Assembly: GCA_028276205.1 (NCBI GenBank)
Contig: JAPYWU010000001.1
Location: 1-44,281 of the forward strand
Direction: 5' to 3'
From: Dictyoglomaceae bacterium
GTDB taxonomy: Bacteria; Dictyoglomota; Dictyoglomia; Dictyoglomales; Dictyoglomaceae
DNA: 44,281 nt
The translations under genes and the position numbers were made by a program. Numbering within the stretch: the first letter of the stretch is position 1; each line of letters starts with the position of its first letter. Under the pieces are notes generated by a model, which saw only the letters and a list, made by a program, of their open reading frames with translations, was not told where the DNA came from and made no database searches. Below, piece after piece: positions 38,617-44,281 of the stretch.

Positions 38617-40422
38617 ATGAGTAAATTTTTAAAATTCTTATTAATCTTTCTCCTGCTTTTTGCTATAGCTTATGGAAAGGAGTATAGGATAGATGAGGCA
38701 AGAGTATATTACAATATTTTGCCAAGTGGAGAGATAGATGTTAATAATCAATTAAAATATGAATTTTTAGGATCTTTTTCAAGAGCATGGATTACAATTC
38801 CAAAAGGAAAATACAGCATAAAAGATGTATCTGTAGGTGAGATAGTTGATGGATCTTTAAAAAAGTATACCTATCATCCTGAAACATCAGAAAGAATTCC
38901 AGATACCTTTGATGTAGTTGAGAATAGTAAAGAGTATAAAATTAGCTGGTTTTATAGAGCAAATTATACCCAAAAGACTTTTGTAATCAGTTATAAATTG
39001 ATTAATGCCTTGAAAGTCTATAATGATGTGGCTGAGTTTTATTGGAAAGTATGGGGAGAGGATTGGGATCTAAGACTTCCAGCCTTGTGGGTAGAGGTTA
39101 ATTTGCCTTCTGAGATTAAATCAAAGAATGATGTAAGCTATTGGCTTCATCCTAAGATAGAAGGAAAGATTGGAATAAAAAAGGATTATAAGGGAATAAT
39201 TGCCTATGCAGGAAATATTTCTCCTCACCAATGGGTAGAAGTAAGGGTTTTATTTCCAATAAGTTATTTAACCAATTTAGATCCCTTTAAGGTTGAATTA
39301 GTAGCTAAAAATGGTAAAGATTTAATATTAAAAGAAGAGGAAAAATGGAAAAAAGAAGAGGAAAGAAAAGAGTTTTTACAAGCTATTGTAACCATTATCT
39401 TTGGTATTTTATCGGTAATACTTTTGCTTCTTGGGTTTATTTTGCCCCTCCGTATATACTTTAAATATGGTAGAGAGCCAAAAGTACAATATGAAAGGGA
39501 GTATGAACAAGAACCACCTTCTGATATTCCACCAGCATGGGTAGAAGCTCTTGTGAATCAGTCATCAACTCTTTCTCCAAACTCTATTGTGGCATCTACT
39601 CTTGAACTGGCAAGAAGAGGGTATCTTAGATTCCAAGAAGAGGTAAAAGAGGGATTTTTAGGAAGAAAGCATAGGGATTATAAAATTATTATTACAGATA
39701 AAGAGATAGAAAGTGATCTATCAAATGAATTGAAGCTTTTGCTTGATACTCTCAAAGGATTTGGAAAGGAATTTTATATTTCTGAGTTAAGGAAAAAAGA
39801 TCTCAGCGGGTTTAAGACAGCTTTTGATAAGGAAGTGGAAATGATTGTCTTTCAGGAGAAGAAATGGATAATTGATGAAGGAAAAAGAAAATTGATATAC
39901 TTAATAGTTATGTGGGTTGTAATGGATGTTTTTTTGGCGATTTTGATTACAATAACACATTTCTGGGGTATATTTCCCCTAATATTCATAGGAGCAATAA
40001 ATATTGTCATATCCGCTATTTTTATGCACTCAGCACAAAGATATTCTCCAGAAGGAAAATTACTTGCTTTAAGATGGAAGGCTTTTAAAAGATATTTGCA
40101 AGATTTCTCTCTTATCTCAGAACGCCCTCCATCATCCTTAGTCCTTTGGGAGAAATATTTAGTATATGGTACTGTTTTAGGGGTTGCAAAGCAAGTTTTG
40201 AAGGCAATGCAGATGTTAAATGTACCTGTGGATCAAATAACATGGTATACTCCTGCTTATGCGGGAAGTATTGCAAGTTTATCAGAGTCTATTCAAAGTT
40301 TTAGTTCTTCTCTTGAAGCTTTTAGTGAGAGCTTCTCAAATAGTGTGGTTTCTTCCACTACTTCCTCCTCTTCTGGGGGTGGAGGGGGAGGAGGTGGTGG
40401 CGGTGGTGGCGGTGCAGATTAA
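38617..40422 (+). CDS. DUF2207 family membrane protein
   Basis: SD AGGAGG before ATG 38617; signal peptide; AEFYW, W..F..YL.DFS and WE.YLVY...LGV motifs; Ser/Gly-rich tail. Confidence 0.88.
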   Translation: MSKFLKFLLIFLLLFAIAYGKEYRIDEARVYYNILPSGEIDVNNQLKYEFLGSFSRAWITIPKGKYSIKDVSVGEIVDGSLKKYTYHPETSERIPDTFDVVENSKEYKISWFYRANYTQKTFVISYKLINALKVYNDVAEFYWKVWGEDWDLRLPALWVEVNLPSEIKSKNDVSYWLHPKIEGKIGIKKDYKGIIAYAGNISPHQWVEVRVLFPISYLTNLDPFKVELVAKNGKDLILKEEEKWKKEEERKEFLQAIVTIIFGILSVILLLLGFILPLRIYFKYGREPKVQYEREYEQEPPSDIPPAWVEALVNQSSTLSPNSIVASTLELARRGYLRFQEEVKEGFLGRKHRDYKIIITDKEIESDLSNELKLLLDTLKGFGKEFYISELRKKDLSGFKTAFDKEVEMIVFQEKKWIIDEGKRKLIYLIVMWVVMDVFLAILITITHFWGIFPLIFIGAINIVISAIFMHSAQRYSPEGKLLALRWKAFKRYLQDFSLISERPPSSLVLWEKYLVYGTVLGVAKQVLKAMQMLNVPVDQITWYTPAYAGSIASLSESIQSFSSSLEAFSESFSNSVVSSTTSSSSGGGGGGGGGGGGGAD

Positions 40423-40447
40423 AAAATCTTAGAAGGGAGTTGATGTT

Positions 40448-42811
40448 ATGATTGAAAAGCTAAATGAGTATTGGAGAGCTTGCTGTTACATTTCAGCTGG
40501 AATGATTTATCTCCTTGATAATCCCCTTTTAAAGGAGCCTTTAAAACCTGAGCATATAAAGGAAAGGCTTCTTGGACATTGGGGTGCAAGTCCTGGACTT
40601 TCTTTTGTATATGTGCATGGTAATAGGGTAATAAAAAAGTATGATCTTAATTGCATATTTATCGCTGGACCTGGTCATGGGGCTCCAGGAGTTATTGCAC
40701 CAGCTTATTTAGAGGGAACCATAAGTGAACTTTATTCCCAGTTTAGTCAAGATGAAGAAGGAATGAAAAATCTTTTTAAAGCTTTTTCATTCCCAGGAGG
40801 TCTTGGTAGCCATTGTACTCCAGAACTTCCTGGCTCTATTCAAGAGGGTGGAGAGCTTGGATATAGCTTGTCTCACGCTTATGGTGCAGTTTTTGATCAT
40901 AAAGATTTGATAGCTATTACTGTAGTAGGTGATGGTGAGGCAGAAACTGGACCTCTTGCCACCAGTTGGCATTCAAATAAATTTTTAAATCCTGTTAGAG
41001 ATGGAGCAGTGCTTCCAGTATTACTCCTTAATGGATATAAGATAAATAATCCTACTATTTTGGCGAGAATAGATGATGAAGAGCTTTTAAATCTCTTTAG
41101 AGGATATGGATATGAACCTTATCTGGTAGAGGGTGAAGATTCACTTGAAGTACATGAGAAGATGGCAAAGACTATGGATGCTTGTATAGAGAAAATCTTG
41201 AATATATGGGATACTGCCAGATCTCAGAATAAGCCATTCAGACCCTACTGGCCTATGATTATTTTAAAGACTCCAAAGGGTTGGACTGCTCCAAGGAAAG
41301 TTGGAAATCATTATATTGAGGGATATTGGAGAGCTCATCAAGTGCCTTTTTCTGATGTAAAGGAAAATCCAGAAAGTTTGAAGGTTTTAGAGGCTTGGTT
41401 GAGAAGTTATGAACCTGAAAAACTATTTACACCTGATGGTAAACTGAGGGAAGATTTAAGGGAAATAGCCCCAACTGGAGAGAAAAGAATGAGTTCTAAC
41501 CCATATGCCAATGGAGGACTATTAAGAAGAGAATTGAAGCTTCCCAACCTTAAGGATCATGCAGTAGAGGTGAAAAGACCTTTTGAGGACAAAGCAGAAA
41601 ACACACGTCCTTTGGGAGTATTTTTGAAGGAAGTTATAAGATTGAATCCAGATAATTTTAGGGTCTTTGGACCTGATGAGACAAAATCTAATAGATTAGA
41701 TGCAGTATTTGAACATGGAAAAGTTTTTATGGGAAAGAGTTTGCCTGAAGATGAAGATGAAGGATATCTTACACCCTTTGGAAGAACTATGGAGATGCTT
41801 TCAGAGCATACATTAGAAGGATGGCTTGAAGGATATCTTCTTACAGGAAGACATGGATTTTTAAATACATATGAGGGATTTGCTCCCATAATTTCCTCCA
41901 TGGTAAACCAATTTGGAAAATGGCTTGATATCTCCTCTGATGTGCCTTGGAGAGCTCCCATCTCATCATTAAATTTATTATTAACCTCTGTAGTCTGGAG
42001 ACAGGATCATAATGGATTTACTCACCAAGATCCTGGTTTCATAACATCTATTGTGGACAAGTGGCCCAATGTGGTTAGGGTATACTTCCCACCAGATGCA
42101 AATACACTGCTTTGTACTGTATGGCATTGTTTCCAAACAACCAACAGAATAAATATCATAGTAATAGATAAACAGAAACATCCTCAATATCTTTCCATGG
42201 ATGAAGCCTTTAAGCATGCCATGAAAGGTATTGGAATATGGGATTTTGCAAGTAATCATCCAGAAGAAGATCCTGATGTTGTCATTGCAAGCTGTGGAGA
42301 TATTCCAACTAAAGAGGCTATTCATGCGGTTAAACTTTTGAAAGAATTTTTCCCTTATCTAAAGATAAGATTTGTAAATGTGGTAAATCTTTTTACCCTT
42401 ACTCCAAATACAGAGCATCCTGATGGACTTACAGATAAAGAGTTTGATTCTTACTTTACAAAAGATAAGCCTATAATATTTAACTTCCATGGTTATCCAT
42501 GGCTCATACATAGGTTAACTTATAGAAGAAATAATCATAGAAATATCCATGTGAGGGGATACAGGGAAAATAGAAAAATAGGTATAGATGCAGGATATCT
42601 TGCACCTTTCTTAAAGGGAAGAGGTGGAATAACTACACCCCTTCAACTTGCAATATTGAACCAGATAGATCGTTATAGTATAGCTATGGATGTCATAGAG
42701 AGAGTTGAAAGTTTACAAAATAAGGGTGGTTATTACAAAGATGTATTGAAGAATATGCAGATAGAAGCCCTTGAGTATGCATACAATCATGGGGTAGATA
42801 AAGAAGAATAG
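40448..42811 (+). CDS. xfp: Xylulose-5-P/fructose-6-P phosphoketolase
   Basis: LLGHWG, GPGHG, EGGELGY, GDGEAETG, NGYKI, GPDET.SN, WRQDHNG.THQDPG and HGYP motifs. Confidence 0.97.
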   Translation: MIEKLNEYWRACCYISAGMIYLLDNPLLKEPLKPEHIKERLLGHWGASPGLSFVYVHGNRVIKKYDLNCIFIAGPGHGAPGVIAPAYLEGTISELYSQFSQDEEGMKNLFKAFSFPGGLGSHCTPELPGSIQEGGELGYSLSHAYGAVFDHKDLIAITVVGDGEAETGPLATSWHSNKFLNPVRDGAVLPVLLLNGYKINNPTILARIDDEELLNLFRGYGYEPYLVEGEDSLEVHEKMAKTMDACIEKILNIWDTARSQNKPFRPYWPMIILKTPKGWTAPRKVGNHYIEGYWRAHQVPFSDVKENPESLKVLEAWLRSYEPEKLFTPDGKLREDLREIAPTGEKRMSSNPYANGGLLRRELKLPNLKDHAVEVKRPFEDKAENTRPLGVFLKEVIRLNPDNFRVFGPDETKSNRLDAVFEHGKVFMGKSLPEDEDEGYLTPFGRTMEMLSEHTLEGWLEGYLLTGRHGFLNTYEGFAPIISSMVNQFGKWLDISSDVPWRAPISSLNLLLTSVVWRQDHNGFTHQDPGFITSIVDKWPNVVRVYFPPDANTLLCTVWHCFQTTNRINIIVIDKQKHPQYLSMDEAFKHAMKGIGIWDFASNHPEEDPDVVIASCGDIPTKEAIHAVKLLKEFFPYLKIRFVNVVNLFTLTPNTEHPDGLTDKEFDSYFTKDKPIIFNFHGYPWLIHRLTYRRNNHRNIHVRGYRENRKIGIDAGYLAPFLKGRGGITTPLQLAILNQIDRYSIAMDVIERVESLQNKGGYYKDVLKNMQIEALEYAYNHGVDKEE

Positions 42812-42829
42812 AAAGGAGTTGATACATAT

Positions 42830-43435
42830 ATGAAGATTTTAAGAATATTTTTACTAACCATCTTTATACTTACTTTTATGTCTGTTTTTTCCTTTTCACA
42901 AAATGAGGCTGATGCAAGTATTGTTATATCACAAGATACCTTAAATAAATTTTTGTCAGCTATTGGAGAGATAAAAAGGACTGAAAATTTTAATGTGGCT
43001 GGAATAAAAAGCGATTATACATGGATTGTAAGAAATCCAAGAATAATATTAGATGATAGTAAGGCAAGATTTGAGGCTGACGTATCTGTATCTATTAAAT
43101 TTCCTTCTGTTAGCTATACTACACCTGCTTATGGTGAGGTATTAGTAAAGTATTTAGAGAATGAAAACAAGATCTATATTAAGGTAGACAAGGTAGCTTT
43201 TGAGGTGGCTTTTAGTATTCTTGGAAAGAAGGTTAGAGTAGGGGAGATCGATATATCTAAGATATATCAAATAGCTTTCACCTTCCCAGGACCAAAACCT
43301 TTTGAATCAATGGTCTCAGTAAATATGCCTGATGGCAGTATTAAAATGATTAAGATAGAGACTATACCAGTATTGATGATTGAAAAGGGGAAAATTGTAG
43401 TAGGATCACAGATAAATTATCTTCCTGTAAAGTAA
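42830..43435 (+). CDS. Hypothetical secreted protein
   Basis: Signal peptide, SD AAGGAG, beta-rich mature region. Confidence 0.7.
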   Translation: MKILRIFLLTIFILTFMSVFSFSQNEADASIVISQDTLNKFLSAIGEIKRTENFNVAGIKSDYTWIVRNPRIILDDSKARFEADVSVSIKFPSVSYTTPAYGEVLVKYLENENKIYIKVDKVAFEVAFSILGKKVRVGEIDISKIYQIAFTFPGPKPFESMVSVNMPDGSIKMIKIETIPVLMIEKGKIVVGSQINYLPVK

Positions 43436-43507
43436 AAATAGGATGTTATATAGGTAGTTTTAAAAATAAGAGGAAAAGGTAGGGCAAAGTAAGAGGGGGA
43501 GGTTTTT

Positions 43508-44206
43508 ATGTTTATTCGGGTAGAAAATGTCTCCAAAATTTATCAGGTGGGAAATTTTAAAGTAAATGCTCTTAAAAATATTAATATGTCCTTGGAAAAG
43601 GGTAAGTTTTATGTGATACTTGGCCCTTCAGGATCTGGAAAAACTACTTTTTTAAACATAATCGGAGGGATAGACAAGCCCGATGAAGGGAAAATAATTG
43701 TAGATGATGAAGAAATAACAAAATATGATGATAAGGCATTAACAAATTATAGAAGAAGAAAACTGGGTTTTGTTTTTCAATTTTATAATCTTGTAAATTC
43801 CCTTACTGTTTATGAGAATGTGCTTTCCACTAAATATCTTTCTGAGGATGGATTGGATCCGAGGGAAGTTTTAGAAATAGTAGGAATGTGGGAACACAGA
43901 GATAAATATCCTTTTGAGATCTCAGGAGGAGAACAACAAAGGGTTGCTATAGCAAGGGCGGTAGTAAAAAATCCAGCAATTATATTATGTGATGAGCCTA
44001 CAGGAGCCCTTGATTTTGAAAATGCAAAGAAAGTTTTGAAACTTTTGGAAGATATTAACAAAAAGTATGGAACTACCATCATTATAGCCACACATAATAT
44101 TGCCATATCTCAAATGTCTCACAAAATTATTAAGTTAAGAAGTGGAGAACTTACTGAATTTATTGATAATCCATCTCTTCTACCTGCGGAGGAGGTGGTT
44201 TGGTAA
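43508..44206 (+). CDS. ABC transporter ATP-binding protein (LolD/MacB-like)
   Basis: GPSGSGKT, GFVFQ.YNL, ISGGEQQRVAIARA, CDEPTGALD and TH motifs. Confidence 0.95.
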   Translation: MFIRVENVSKIYQVGNFKVNALKNINMSLEKGKFYVILGPSGSGKTTFLNIIGGIDKPDEGKIIVDDEEITKYDDKALTNYRRRKLGFVFQFYNLVNSLTVYENVLSTKYLSEDGLDPREVLEIVGMWEHRDKYPFEISGGEQQRVAIARAVVKNPAIILCDEPTGALDFENAKKVLKLLEDINKKYGTTIIIATHNIAISQMSHKIIKLRSGELTEFIDNPSLLPAEEVVW

Positions 44207-44281
44207 ATGCTAAATAAAATACCATTAAGGATAATGTGGAGAGATAAGTCCCATTTTGTAGGAATAATTCTTTTAGTTTTT
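44207..44281 (+). CDS. ABC transporter permease, N-terminal fragment (runs off the window)
   Basis: ATG directly after the ATPase stop: MLNKIPLRIMWRDKSHFVGIILLVF, like FtsX/MacB-type permease starts. Confidence 0.7.
   Translation, partial: MLNKIPLRIMWRDKSHFVGIILLVF

Noticed and set aside
40351-40416. G-rich low-complexity tract (possible G-quadruplex or simple repeat)
   Set aside because: It encodes the Ser/Gly tail typical of DUF2207 proteins

Overview
AT-rich, gene-dense bacterial chromosomal window from a diderm, probably thermophilic anaerobe. Gene content and codon style suggest a Dictyoglomus-like organism; this is inference, not a database result. Left to right: a histidine kinase tail; a lipoprotein-lnt-lptC-lptA-lptF/G-lptD envelope cluster; rubredoxin plus its NAD(P)H reductase; htrA-yigZ-deacetylase-yqeY-trmL running directly into an ATP synthase operon with N-ATPase-like subunits (no atpH, long b subunit) but F-type gene order; an orphan glpP; a decayed FN3/FlgD-Ig cargo plus PorV/UPF0164-like barrel locus; rtcB and yjbQ; an unannotated 25-aa membrane peptide gene with its own promoter, SD and terminator; pncA-pncB; rpmH-rnpA-yidD-yidC-jag-mnmE-uppP with no adjacent dnaA; a TetR-MMPL-partner module; an apparently leaderless C45 hydrolase plus small exporter; two tandem paralogous lipoproteins built from 156-bp beta-propeller blade repeats with hypervariable aromatic positions and a shared 36-aa C-terminal tail; DUF2207; phosphoketolase; and the start of an ABC exporter. 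I found no rRNA, tRNA, CRISPR array or transposase.
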